A stretch of 64,000 bases of DNA from an uncultured Pseudomonadota bacterium (GCA_949300375.1 CASGEB010000003.1:263-64262), one strand, 5' to 3'; shown: positions 18,988 to 28,963, counted from the stretch's first letter. A program made the numbers and translations. Notes: a model not told the origin generated them from the sequence alone.

Positions 18988-20043
18988 ATGAAAAAGAATG
19001 TAAAAGGATTTTTGAAAGCCGTCAGAAACAAAATGCTGACATTGGGGTTGACCGTATCCGGACTCGGAACGGCAGCGACGGCAGCAGCAAACCCGGGCGG
19101 GAATGCTCCGACAACAGATGACGCCCGTGTGGAAAGTTCGTCATTTGACTACAAAAAAAATTCAGTTAACGTGGCAGAGTTTAAGACAAGCGGTATTTAT
19201 AAAGGCGGAATTGAGATTAATTTTGCCGAATGTACGCCGCACCATCTGGGGTGGGTTTTTGAATCCGGCATGAAACCCGGCATCGTTGATCCGTCAAATT
19301 CTTACATCGGTCTGTTCCAGATGGATTTGGGCGCGACGATGGCAAGCTTTTTGAAAGAAAACAAAACCAAATATCCAAAACTGGCTGCCCTCGGCAAAAC
19401 AAAAGAAATGCGCAAGATTAAAAACGGGCCTTTTCAAAAATTATGGAAAGAACTGGACAGCCCGGAATTTCGTAAGGCTCAATCCGATTTTATGGACAAG
19501 TATAAATATGCTCCGATTTTTGAGGAATTGCGCAGTATTGACGGACTTGATATCGACAAACGGGGAGATGCTCTGCGCGGCGCCATTATGTCTGCCTCCA
19601 ATCAGTACCGCAAAGATGTTGTCATTAAAATGTTAAAAACGGCATATATTGAGGCTGCTAAAGGCAAAAATCCCAAAGACGTCAAAACAGAAGACATTAT
19701 CAGCAATTTTTATGACCAAAGGGTTAAACGCTCTCCCGGCTTAAAAGCTCGTCTGCTCGGCACTACCAACAAAAAAGGCAAGAAAGTTATCTTTGGCGAG
19801 AAAGATATGGCTTTGGACTATCAGCATTATCTTGAAAATATACAGATGCTTTTGCTGGCAGAAAAAGAGAAGGAAAAAACGCTCGCCATTCCGCTTAAAG
19901 AATGGCCCAAAAGCGTGGTGGACGTTATGCCGAAAGATATGACCAAAGAAGTTATTTCTCCGTTGGCGCTTGATCCGGTTTTGCCCGAAAACAATCTTTA
20001 TAAAAAGCGCGCCCTCGTCAACCGATTAAAAAGATCACGCTGA
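18988..20043 (+). CDS. Putative peptidoglycan hydrolase with VgrG3-like C-terminal (lysozyme-like) domain
   Basis: FESG, IGLFQM, AQSDFMDKYKYAP, GLDIDKRGDALRGAIMSASNQY, IISNFYDQR resemble the VgrG3-C pattern from memory; signal-like N-terminus. Confidence 0.55.
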   Translation: MKKNVKGFLKAVRNKMLTLGLTVSGLGTAATAAANPGGNAPTTDDARVESSSFDYKKNSVNVAEFKTSGIYKGGIEINFAECTPHHLGWVFESGMKPGIVDPSNSYIGLFQMDLGATMASFLKENKTKYPKLAALGKTKEMRKIKNGPFQKLWKELDSPEFRKAQSDFMDKYKYAPIFEELRSIDGLDIDKRGDALRGAIMSASNQYRKDVVIKMLKTAYIEAAKGKNPKDVKTEDIISNFYDQRVKRSPGLKARLLGTTNKKGKKVIFGEKDMALDYQHYLENIQMLLLAEKEKEKTLAIPLKEWPKSVVDVMPKDMTKEVISPLALDPVLPENNLYKKRALVNRLKRSR

Positions 20044-20052
20044 TTTTTTGAT

Positions 20053-20079
20053 TAAGCTCCTTTTGCAAGGAGCTTTTTT
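20053..20079 (+). terminator. Intrinsic terminator
   Basis: AAGCTCCTT-TTGC-AAGGAGCTT followed by a T-run. Confidence 0.8.
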
Positions 20080-20094
20080 CTTGACTTTTTTGCA

Positions 20095-20109
20095 GAACTA
20101 AAATAGAAC
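20095..20109 (+). promoter_or_regulatory. Alphaproteobacterial LexA (SOS) box
   Basis: GAAC-TAAAATA-GAAC directly upstream of lexA, just downstream of a TTGACT -35. Confidence 0.85.
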
Positions 20110-20149
20110 GTTTATATATATTCCAAAATTGAGGATGAGGATTGATTTT

Positions 20150-20806
20150 ATGCTGACCCAAAAACAATACAAGCTTTTGATGTTTATTAATAAAATCATT
20201 AAAGAAACAGGCTGTCCTCCTTCGTTTGATGAAATGAAAGATGCTGTCGGACTTAAATCAAAATCAGGGATTCATAATATGATTGAGGCTTTGTGCGAAC
20301 GCAATTTTATCAAGCGCCTGCCTCATAAAGCACGCGCCCTTGAGATTGTGCGGCTGCCCAAGCTCAAGCCGAGTTCCGTTATTGAAGAAGAAAAAAAACG
20401 GGAACAGGCTATCCAAAACGGCATGGTTGAAATTCCGCTTTATGGAAAAGTTGCCGCCGGACTGCCGATTGATGCAATTGCCGATGAAAATGAAAAGATT
20501 TTTGTTCCGTTTGATATGGTTTCGCGCGGGTCGCACTATGCTCTTCACGTTTCCGGCGATTCAATGAAAGAAGCCGGCATTCTGAACGGCGACGTCGTCA
20601 TTATCAAAAAAACAGAAACTGCTGAAAACGGCGATATTGTCGTTGCCCTGGTTGATGATGACGTGGCAACGCTGAAAAAATTCAAACGGGAGAAAGATAC
20701 CGTTATGCTTATTCCGTTTAATGAAAACTATGATGTGCAGAAATATCTGGCTTCCCGCGTTAAAATTCAGGGAAAACTGGCTGGACTCATTCGTAAATAT
20801 GCCTGA
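20150..20806 (+). CDS. lexA: SOS repressor LexA
   Basis: LTQKQ…PPSFDEM…SKSGIH wHTH, VAAG cleavage site, GDSM serine, ATLKK lysine. Confidence 0.97.
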   Translation: MLTQKQYKLLMFINKIIKETGCPPSFDEMKDAVGLKSKSGIHNMIEALCERNFIKRLPHKARALEIVRLPKLKPSSVIEEEKKREQAIQNGMVEIPLYGKVAAGLPIDAIADENEKIFVPFDMVSRGSHYALHVSGDSMKEAGILNGDVVIIKKTETAENGDIVVALVDDDVATLKKFKREKDTVMLIPFNENYDVQKYLASRVKIQGKLAGLIRKYA

Positions 20807-20818
20807 CCAGAACCTGTA

Positions 20819-22000
20819 TCATCCTGAAATCGGACGCGGGCCGGTATAAATTTTGCTGTCGGCAGGAATTTCTTTACCGATACCTTTGCTCAGATTATTC
20901 AGGCGGACGAATCCCATCTCTCCGTTATCCAGCATAATCCTGGCCCAAACGTCGTCAGGCGTTTTTCCGGTTAACCTCACGGTCGTTTGCCCGCGCAGTT
21001 CGGTTATCATGTCAAAATCGTCCGACGGGCCATACATTATTTTGGCGGCATTTTTCAGATGATACAGATTATTCAGGCTCGAGGTATCGGCCGGAATGTT
21101 TAAAATTTTGCTAACCATCATATCATCAAAAGTTTCGCGCCCATCGTTAAAGCGAACCTCCTGATTGTAAATAATTTCTTTTTTGGCGGCAAAATAGCTC
21201 AGCAACTCACTTTCCGATACAAATTTTGCGGTTGTCGGAATCAAAGCTCCCAACAAAATTATGCCAGGGACAATCAGCTGAATATATTTTAGCATTGAAA
21301 AATTAAATTTCGGCAAACTGACATCAGGATTTTTGCCCAGAAAATAAATCAGCTTTCGAAGCAGCCCCTGCTGATACGGATTGGCGTAATCTAATGCCTG
21401 GACAGCAGAATCCAACGCTTTGTCTTTTTTATTTTCCTGAGCGTAAGCCAAAGCATTATGCACCAAAAGAGTCAGATTTTTCTGACGGTTTTGGTTTATA
21501 CCGGAAAAATTGGCTTTTATTGCCTGAATATTGCGCGCAAAAGCCGGCCACCCCCACCAGCCGAGGAACCAGTTTTTTAACGAAGTTTGAAAGATTATGC
21601 CCGTTGCTTCTTTGGCATTGCAGATTTCATCATGTTCTTCGTCCGAAGTTTTTAAAATTTTTCCAACCACCCGGCGCAGCGAAAAAACACGCAAATACGG
21701 ATTTTCCTGTCCGGCGCGATCCGAATAGGGTTTTAGCGCAAACATATCGGGAAAATCCTTTGCGGTATAAATTTGCGTCAACAGGTCGTAAAACAGCCGG
21801 CTGTCCGCTTCTTTTAAAATATCATAGGCGACGGAGAGCTTTTGAAATTTTTCTGTGGCTTCCGGCCCGGAATTGTGATCCGGGTGCCACATTTTTGCCC
21901 GTTCGCGATAATTTTGCTTTATCCGGTTTTCATCCGCATCAAAAGGGACGCCCAAAATCTGATAGTAGCCTAAAGCATCTGCCGTGTATTGCGTTGTCAT
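20819..22000 (-). CDS. DnaJ-domain membrane protein with C-terminal bacterial SH3-like domain
   Basis: YYQILGV…WHPD J-domain; TM near IVPGIILLGALI; IMYGPSDDF…WARIMLDNGEMGFV SH3b pattern. Confidence 0.75.
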   Translation of the reverse strand: MTTQYTADALGYYQILGVPFDADENRIKQNYRERAKMWHPDHNSGPEATEKFQKLSVAYDILKEADSRLFYDLLTQIYTAKDFPDMFALKPYSDRAGQENPYLRVFSLRRVVGKILKTSDEEHDEICNAKEATGIIFQTSLKNWFLGWWGWPAFARNIQAIKANFSGINQNRQKNLTLLVHNALAYAQENKKDKALDSAVQALDYANPYQQGLLRKLIYFLGKNPDVSLPKFNFSMLKYIQLIVPGIILLGALIPTTAKFVSESELLSYFAAKKEIIYNQEVRFNDGRETFDDMMVSKILNIPADTSSLNNLYHLKNAAKIMYGPSDDFDMITELRGQTTVRLTGKTPDDVWARIMLDNGEMGFVRLNNLSKGIGKEIPADSKIYTGPRPISG

Positions 22001-23691
22001 ATAAAAATACCGTCTTCCAAAGTTGCATTTCTGTTATCAGTTTCGCATATTTTTATAAAATTTTCTTTAACATTAATCTTTATATTCCCGCTATAGCCGA
22101 CATCTTCCAATGATTTTTGAAACAGGCGCATCATCTCGCTGCAAAAATCGCGTTCCATATCTTTTTCCGTGCGGACAATCAGGTCAAAGCGCTTGTCTTT
22201 TGTGAAAGAAAAGCCGTCAAGCTGAAAAGCGCCCAGAACAGAAAAAGAGGTATCGACCACGAAACGGACGGCAGACTTCTCTTTGCGGCGTTTTTCCTGC
22301 CGTTGCTGTTCTTCATCCTCCATCTTTTTTACGGCAATCCGAATCCGGTTAAAGATATTGTCGCCGTAAAACGGAATGTTGATAATTTTCCAACCGGCGT
22401 TTTCCTGAACCTGAGCATTCAAAACCGTATTCAGCTTTTCCAAAACTTCTTTACCGTCCGTTCCGGCTGCATTCAACCTGTTTACATTGTCCGTTCCCAG
22501 CCAATGTTCCGCATTGCCGCTGCGGGCTGCCCTGACAAAAGACATTATATTGGCGAGCATTTTATCGTTATTTTGCGGAATTTTTTCCAACAGCCGCCCT
22601 TCCATCTCAGGCATTTCTTTGTTTTGAAGAAGTTCAAAAACATCTTTCAAACCCGGCGGAGTCAGTTTGGAAATATCGGTTCCGCTATTTTGAAGCAATC
22701 CGACGATTTGAAGCAGAATTTTTGCGTCCTCAGGAATTTTTAAAGGCGTTTCCGGGACAAGCTGCCCGAGAGGGCTTTGCAATGCCGGCCATAACTTTCC
22801 GTCCGATTTTAACATTTCCGCCGGCAGAGTTAATTTGTCCGACGATGAAAGAACTTCGATAATTTCGGTTGCCATTTTTTGTATGGCATTTTCAGGCAAA
22901 GCCCCACCATCCGACGGAAGGTTATTTTTTACCAAAGAGACAATCTGCCGTAACGTTTCCGGCAGAGCTGCATTTGACGGAGTTTGCACATTCAGGCTGC
23001 CCGGGGATTGCATCGGAATCATTGCAATTTGCAAGCTGAAACGGTTTAAGCTTTCGGCCAAAACCGATGCCGTATTCTGCGGGATTTGATTTTGAATGAA
23101 AATATTTTCCAGCGCCGTTCCCAATTTTACCGGCAGCATTTTAACCGCGGCAGACGCCGGATTGTTATTGCCGCCTAGCAAAACCCCGTCCGAAACAGCC
23201 GGATTTTTTACGGTCTCAGCAAACTGAACGCCTGTCCCGGAAAGACGGTTGTTTTTAACAAAACCGGCGGCAGGATTTTCTATGGCTGCTGCCTGCGTTC
23301 TTTCTTGCTGCGGCTGCGTCGGGCGAAACACAAAGTTTTCCGGCTTTTCATTATTGATTGTCAGCACTTTTAGTTCAAAAGCCTGCGGATTTTTAGAAAC
23401 CAGGCGGGCGGAAATTTCCTGAATCTGATTATCGGACAAACCGGCATTTTTTAATCCGGTCAGAGATACAGGAATATCCAACAAAACCTCTGACGCTGCT
23501 CCTTTGATAACGGCCCGGAGTTTTGAAATATCCGTCTGTCCGCCGGATGGCAGCAGCTCCAGCCGGATGTTTTCTCCCAGCCCCAGTTTTTGCAATTCCG
23601 GCGGCGGATTTTCTATTTGTATCGTCAAACCACCGCCAGAGGCATAATTTCCGAGTCCGGGAATATTTATTGAAGGAATCAGGCTATCCAT
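21997..23691 (-). CDS. FliK-like hook-length control protein (putative)
   Basis: Low-complexity Pro/Gln/Asn N-region and C-terminal RFVVD…LGAFQLDG…FDLIVRT fold; translationally coupled to flhG. Confidence 0.55.
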   Translation of the reverse strand: MDSLIPSINIPGLGNYASGGGLTIQIENPPPELQKLGLGENIRLELLPSGGQTDISKLRAVIKGAASEVLLDIPVSLTGLKNAGLSDNQIQEISARLVSKNPQAFELKVLTINNEKPENFVFRPTQPQQERTQAAAIENPAAGFVKNNRLSGTGVQFAETVKNPAVSDGVLLGGNNNPASAAVKMLPVKLGTALENIFIQNQIPQNTASVLAESLNRFSLQIAMIPMQSPGSLNVQTPSNAALPETLRQIVSLVKNNLPSDGGALPENAIQKMATEIIEVLSSSDKLTLPAEMLKSDGKLWPALQSPLGQLVPETPLKIPEDAKILLQIVGLLQNSGTDISKLTPPGLKDVFELLQNKEMPEMEGRLLEKIPQNNDKMLANIMSFVRAARSGNAEHWLGTDNVNRLNAAGTDGKEVLEKLNTVLNAQVQENAGWKIINIPFYGDNIFNRIRIAVKKMEDEEQQRQEKRRKEKSAVRFVVDTSFSVLGAFQLDGFSFTKDKRFDLIVRTEKDMERDFCSEMMRLFQKSLEDVGYSGNIKINVKENFIKICETDNRNATLEDGIFI

Positions 23692-24490
23692 TAATCAGTT
23701 TCCCGGCAATGGCTATCACATCTTCCGCGGCCTCCGATGTCGGATAACGCGTTAAAATAGACGCCTGGTTGCGAATAGAATCGCGGACTCTCGTATCGCG
23801 GCGGACAATTCCCAACAACGGCGGATTAATCTTTAGGAAATTGCGGCAGGCTTTTAACAGCGTATCATATGTCCGCTGCCCTTCCCGCAAAGAATTTGCC
23901 TGATTGACCACGATATTAATGTCGCTGCGGCTATACTGCATACTCATAATCTTGATAAAAGCATAAGCATCAGTCAGCGATGTCGGCTCATCGGTGCAAA
24001 CAACAATGATTTTTTCCGCCAGCCCCGATAAAATGCGCACCGGTTTTTCCACCCCGGCTCCCATATCCAAGATTACCTTATCATAATTTCCGGACAAGGC
24101 GCTCAAATCCTCGCCCAATATCTGCAGCCGGCCAATCGGCAAAGAAGCCAGTCCGGCAGAACCCGACCGGCCGGCGATAATATCAAAATGCCCTTTGTCG
24201 TAATGATAAACAGCCTGATTCAGCGTCAGGGCGCCGGTAACAACACTGCCCAGATCATATTTGGCCATTAATCCGAGCTGGATATCTATATTTGCCAGGC
24301 CTAAATCGCCGTCAAACAACAGCGTCCGCTGACGGAATCCGCTTAAAGCGTGAGCCAGAGTTATTGAGAACCAGGTTTTGCCGACGCCTCCTTTGCCGGA
24401 AGCCACCGCAATCATATTGCGCCCTTTCCGGGCGGTGCGGGTTCCGGTGCCTCGCGGCATAATTTGTAAGGTTTCACTTATATTCTCCAT
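23684..24490 (-). CDS. flhG: FlhG/MinD-like flagellar number regulator
   Basis: IAVASGKGGVGKT, DGDLGLANID, LDMGAG; follows flhF. Confidence 0.88.
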   Translation of the reverse strand: MENISETLQIMPRGTGTRTARKGRNMIAVASGKGGVGKTWFSITLAHALSGFRQRTLLFDGDLGLANIDIQLGLMAKYDLGSVVTGALTLNQAVYHYDKGHFDIIAGRSGSAGLASLPIGRLQILGEDLSALSGNYDKVILDMGAGVEKPVRILSGLAEKIIVVCTDEPTSLTDAYAFIKIMSMQYSRSDINIVVNQANSLREGQRTYDTLLKACRNFLKINPPLLGIVRRDTRVRDSIRNQASILTRYPTSEAAEDVIAIAGKLING

Positions 24491-24501
24491 ATCCACCTCT
24501 C

Positions 24502-25458
24502 TCATTCCAAAATTAAGCGGGCTAACGACTGCGGCGTGATTTCCGCCAGGCCTTTGGCAATGCTCGCACTGACGCCGGCCGAACAAAATCCGAGTTCACA
24601 GCAACTGGCTACCGACAGCAGGGAACCGATGCGGCGGGTCAAATCCATACGGGTCGGCATCAGGTAGCGCGCTCCCAATTCCGTGAAAACTTCGGCTATT
24701 TCTATTGCTTCATAGGTATTCAACCCCGATGCCATGGTCAAAATCATATCGGCGTTGACAGCTTCAACAAAGGCATTGACCTTTTCAACATCTTCCGGAA
24801 CAAACGGATTGATGCCGGGCGTATCAATTAAAAACACGTTATATTTATTTTCAATTTCTTTTATGGTTTCAAACAAAGCACGGCCGTTTTTACAAAACAA
24901 AAAATCAACTTCCAGAATTTCGGCAAAGGCTTCCAACTGGCGGTTGGCGCCGGCACGGACATTGTCCGTTGAAATAACGCAGGAAGAAACGCCTTTTAAT
25001 TTTGCCTGAGTGGCCGTCTTGGCTATTGCCGTTGACTTGCCGCTGCCGGACGTACCCATAAAAAGTTTGATTTTTGACGGCGTTTGCAAAGGGGCGGAAA
25101 ATTTGAACATTTCCTGAAAGCAGGCGGTCAGAAGTTTTTGATCATCAAAAATTTTTTGAGCTTTACTGATACTCCTGGCGCGGGATAATATCCGTTCTTT
25201 TACCAGATCCAGCACGGAATGGTAATCCAGACATTCACGAATAATGCTGTCATCAAAAACCGTACGGCTGTCCAACAGTTCGAGTTCATCATCTTCGTTA
25301 AAGCTAATCTCTTCTTTTTCTTCCAGCGCGGCGGTAATCCGAACTTTTCCGTCGTCCAACGTTTCCGTAGAAATAATGACGGCATCGCGCCCTAAAGTTT
25401 CCGAAGCCTGGCGCATGGCTTCCATTGAGGTGGCGGCGACGAAACTTTTTATTTTCAT
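24502..25458 (-). CDS. flhF: Flagellar SRP-type GTPase FlhF
   Basis: MKIKSFVA…, GTSGSGKSTAIAK, DNVRAGA, IDTPG. Confidence 0.88.
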   Translation of the reverse strand: MKIKSFVAATSMEAMRQASETLGRDAVIISTETLDDGKVRITAALEEKEEISFNEDDELELLDSRTVFDDSIIRECLDYHSVLDLVKERILSRARSISKAQKIFDDQKLLTACFQEMFKFSAPLQTPSKIKLFMGTSGSGKSTAIAKTATQAKLKGVSSCVISTDNVRAGANRQLEAFAEILEVDFLFCKNGRALFETIKEIENKYNVFLIDTPGINPFVPEDVEKVNAFVEAVNADMILTMASGLNTYEAIEIAEVFTELGARYLMPTRMDLTRRIGSLLSVASCCELGFCSAGVSASIAKGLAEITPQSLARLILE

Positions 25459-25473
25459 TCTGCTGCCCCCTGA

Positions 25474-27600
25474 CTAAATCTGACCGACGGTTTTGATTTT
25501 GGCTTTAGGATAAATTTCATTCTGAGACATTACAACCGTTAACGGGCGAAAACGCTCGATAATCGAACGGACAAAGGGTCGGATGTTCGGGCTGGTCAGC
25601 AAAACGGCCGTTTCGCCTTTTATGGCTAAATCTTCCAAAGTATTACGAACCTTGGTAATAAATGTTTGCAATGCCGACGGCGCCATAGCCAACTGGCGGT
25701 CATCGCCTTCGCCGACGATTGACTCGGCAAAAGCCTGCTCCCATTCCGCAGACAGCGTTACCAGCGGGATAATGCCAAACTCATTCGTATTGGCATTTGA
25801 CAACTGGCGGGACAGACGGGTGCGGACGTGTTCGGTAATCAGCATCAGGCTGCGGGTTGAGGATACGGCCTCGGAAATACCTTCCAAGATGGTCGGCAAA
25901 TCACGAATGGAAACACGTTCCTGCAACAGATTTTGCAAAATCCTTTGAACGGCGCCGAGGCTGATTTTGCTCGGAATAAGCTCTTTGACGAGTTTTTGCT
26001 GTTCCTTATCCATTTCATCAAGCAGTTTCTGGGTTTCGGCATAAGAAAGCAGCTCGGGCATATTGTCTTTGACCAGTTCGGTAATGTGCGTCGTTACAAC
26101 CGTTGCCGGATCAACCACGGTATAGCCCCGGAACATGGCTTCTTCCCGGTAAGACTGATCAATCCACATGGCTTTTAAGCCAAAAGTCGGCTCGGTTGTT
26201 GCCTCGCCGGGCAGTGTTATCGGCTCGCCGCGCGGATCCATAACCAACAGCTGGGTCGGACGCAGTTCGCCCTTGCCGGATTTGACTTCTTTGATGTAAA
26301 TATTATATTCGTTGGCCTCAAGCTGCATATTGTCCTGAATGCGGATAGACGGCATAATAAAGCCAAGTTCGGAAGCCAGCGACCGGCGCAGCGCCTTAAT
26401 CTGGTCGGTTAATTTTTTATTGGTTTGTTCGTTAATCAGCGGCAGCAAGCCGTATCCGATTTCCAGACGAATCAGATCCATCCGCAAAGCCGTGGCAATC
26501 GGCTCGTCGGCGGCTTTGGCAACTTTACCCTGCTTTTGTTCTTCCTCAAACACTTCCTGCGCCCTGGCCTGAGCCGCCTTTTGCTGCTTGTCCAGGTAAT
26601 AAGCACTGGCTCCGGTTAACATTGCCAGCAGGACAAACGGTATGGCCGGCGTTCCGGGCAGCATTCCCAAAGCAAGAGCCAGAAAGGCGCTCATTCCCAG
26701 AGCTTTCGGATAGTTGCTGACCTGTTCAAACAAGACTTTATCCGTCGAATCGGTCATACCGGCCTTGGAAACAAGAATACCGGCCGCAACGGAAATAATT
26801 AATGCCGGCACCTGACTGACCAGACCATCGCCGACCGTTAAACGGGTATAAGTTTCGCCGGCGGCCTTAAAAGTCATATCATTTTGAACCATTCCGATGA
26901 TGATACCGGCAACAATATTGATGAATGTAATAATCAAGCCGGCAATAGCGTCTCCGCGGACAAACTTGGAAGCACCATCCATGGCTCCGTAGAAAGAGCT
27001 TTCTTTTGACAAGTCTTCCCGGCGGGCGCGCGCTTCATCTTCCGTTATCAGACCGGAAGACAAGTCTGCGTCAATTGCCATTTGTTTTCCGGGCATGGCG
27101 TCCAAAGCAAAACGGGCGGCAACCTCTGCAATACGGCCGGAACCTTTGGTAATGACCACAAAATTGACCAATACCAAAATGGCAAAGACGATTACGCCGA
27201 TAACAAAATTGTTGCCCATAATAAAGCCGCCAAAAGCTTTAATCACCTGACCGGCGGCATCCGGCCCCATATAACCGTCCGACAAGATCAGGCGCGTTGA
27301 AGCCAGGTTCAGCGACAAACGGTATAATGTCGTAATCAGCAAGACCAGCGGAAAAGCGCTAAACTGGTTTGGTTTTTCAATAAAAATCGCCGTCATCAGT
27401 ACTAGGCATGAAACCGTGATGGAAAAGGCCAATGCGATATCCAACAACCAGGCAGGCATCGGCATAATCAAAATGACCAGCATTAAAATAATGGACAAAG
27501 CAAAGAAAATATCACCGCGTTTGGTTGAAGAAACCAAAAGGTCTTTAAAAGATTTGCCCCCAAACACCGAGGCGCTGATATGTTGCGGATTCTTGGCCAT
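25474..27600 (-). CDS. flhA: Flagellar export gate protein FlhA
   Basis: ITKGSGRIAEVAARFALDAMPGKQMAIDADL, FYGAMDGASKFVRGDA. Confidence 0.97.
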   Translation of the reverse strand: MAKNPQHISASVFGGKSFKDLLVSSTKRGDIFFALSIILMLVILIMPMPAWLLDIALAFSITVSCLVLMTAIFIEKPNQFSAFPLVLLITTLYRLSLNLASTRLILSDGYMGPDAAGQVIKAFGGFIMGNNFVIGVIVFAILVLVNFVVITKGSGRIAEVAARFALDAMPGKQMAIDADLSSGLITEDEARARREDLSKESSFYGAMDGASKFVRGDAIAGLIITFINIVAGIIIGMVQNDMTFKAAGETYTRLTVGDGLVSQVPALIISVAAGILVSKAGMTDSTDKVLFEQVSNYPKALGMSAFLALALGMLPGTPAIPFVLLAMLTGASAYYLDKQQKAAQARAQEVFEEEQKQGKVAKAADEPIATALRMDLIRLEIGYGLLPLINEQTNKKLTDQIKALRRSLASELGFIMPSIRIQDNMQLEANEYNIYIKEVKSGKGELRPTQLLVMDPRGEPITLPGEATTEPTFGLKAMWIDQSYREEAMFRGYTVVDPATVVTTHITELVKDNMPELLSYAETQKLLDEMDKEQQKLVKELIPSKISLGAVQRILQNLLQERVSIRDLPTILEGISEAVSSTRSLMLITEHVRTRLSRQLSNANTNEFGIIPLVTLSAEWEQAFAESIVGEGDDRQLAMAPSALQTFITKVRNTLEDLAIKGETAVLLTSPNIRPFVRSIIERFRPLTVVMSQNEIYPKAKIKTVGQI

Positions 27601-27613
27601 TTTCAGTTACACA

Positions 27614-28963
27614 TCATCCCATTGAAACCGGCGGCACCTGATAGCCGGCTTCTTCATATTGCTTTAGTTTGTTGCGCAGCGTCCGGATAGAGATGCCCAG
27701 AATATTGGCGGCCTGCGTCCGGTTGCCGAAAGTATGTTTCAGCGTATCAATAATCAATTCCCGTTCCGCGCCGGCAACCGTCTTGCCGTAAAGGGACGCC
27801 TCCTCAGTTTTTTCTCCTCCCGACATTGCCGGAAGACTGACATCAAAATTGATGACGGCGTTCGGGTCGGTCAAGACGACCGCCTCTTCTCCAATCTCAT
27901 CGCCGGCAGCAAGCAAAACAGCACGGTGCATGGTATTTTCCAATTCGCGGACGTTTCCCGGCCAGAGGTAGTTCAACAGTTTTTCCTCGGCCTCTTTGGA
28001 AATATCCCGAAGCGGAACGTCGTTTAACTCGGAATATTTTTTTACAAAGTGTTTGGCCAAGACGGGAATATCGCCGGGGCGGTCTTTTAAAGCCGGAATG
28101 TTAATGTTTACAACATTCAGACGAAAATAAAGATCCTGCCGGAATGTTCCGTTTTTGACGGCATCGTCCAAATTGCGGTTTGACGTTGCGATAATGCGGG
28201 TGTTGATTTTTATCGGGGATTTGCCGCCGATGCGGTCAATTTCTTTTTCCTGAATGGCACGCAGCAGTTTGGCCTGAATCCGGATATCCATTTCTGAAAT
28301 TTCATCCAACAGCAGCGTGCCGTCGGTGGCTTCTTCAAACTTGCCGATACGACGGGAAACCGCACCGGTAAAAGCCCCCTTTTCATAGCCGAAAAGCTCT
28401 GATTCCAGGAGGGTTTCCGGAATAGCCGCACAGTTGACAGCCACAAATTTTTTATTGGCCCGTTTGGAATTGTCATGAATAAAGCGCGAGAAAACCTCTT
28501 TACCGGTTCCGGATTCTCCCGTCAACAAAACATTGGCTTCCGACGGAGCAATCTGTTTGGCCATTTTCAAAACAGCCTCGGTTCTTTTGTCGCCGTAAAT
28601 CAGGGCATGATTTTCACGGGTGGCTGCGGCCAATACCGCCCCAATCAGTTCGGGATCCGGCGGCAGAGGAATATATTCTTTGGCGCCGGCTTTGATTGCC
28701 TTGACGGCAAGCGAGGTATCGTTAGCAACACCGCAGGCAACCACTAATACATTTATCCTTTCGCTCTCCAACGAACGGATAAACTTGTGGATATCCAGCT
28801 TGACATCTATCATTACCAGTTCAATATTCCTGGTGCCGGAACGCAGAATCTCCAGCGCCGTTTCAATCTTATCGGCCAGCGACACTTTTCCGCCCTGGCT
28901 GATGGCAATTTTACTGGCAGCCCCAATCTGTCCGTCTAATGTGCCAACAATTAAAAGTTCCAT
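27614..28963 (-). CDS. flbD: Sigma54-dependent response regulator FlbD
   Basis: Degenerate REC domain, GESGTGKE, GAFTGA, WPGNVRELEN, Fis-type HTH; position between fliN and flhA. Confidence 0.85.
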   Translation of the reverse strand: MELLIVGTLDGQIGAASKIAISQGGKVSLADKIETALEILRSGTRNIELVMIDVKLDIHKFIRSLESERINVLVVACGVANDTSLAVKAIKAGAKEYIPLPPDPELIGAVLAAATRENHALIYGDKRTEAVLKMAKQIAPSEANVLLTGESGTGKEVFSRFIHDNSKRANKKFVAVNCAAIPETLLESELFGYEKGAFTGAVSRRIGKFEEATDGTLLLDEISEMDIRIQAKLLRAIQEKEIDRIGGKSPIKINTRIIATSNRNLDDAVKNGTFRQDLYFRLNVVNINIPALKDRPGDIPVLAKHFVKKYSELNDVPLRDISKEAEEKLLNYLWPGNVRELENTMHRAVLLAAGDEIGEEAVVLTDPNAVINFDVSLPAMSGGEKTEEASLYGKTVAGAERELIIDTLKHTFGNRTQAANILGISIRTLRNKLKQYEEAGYQVPPVSMG

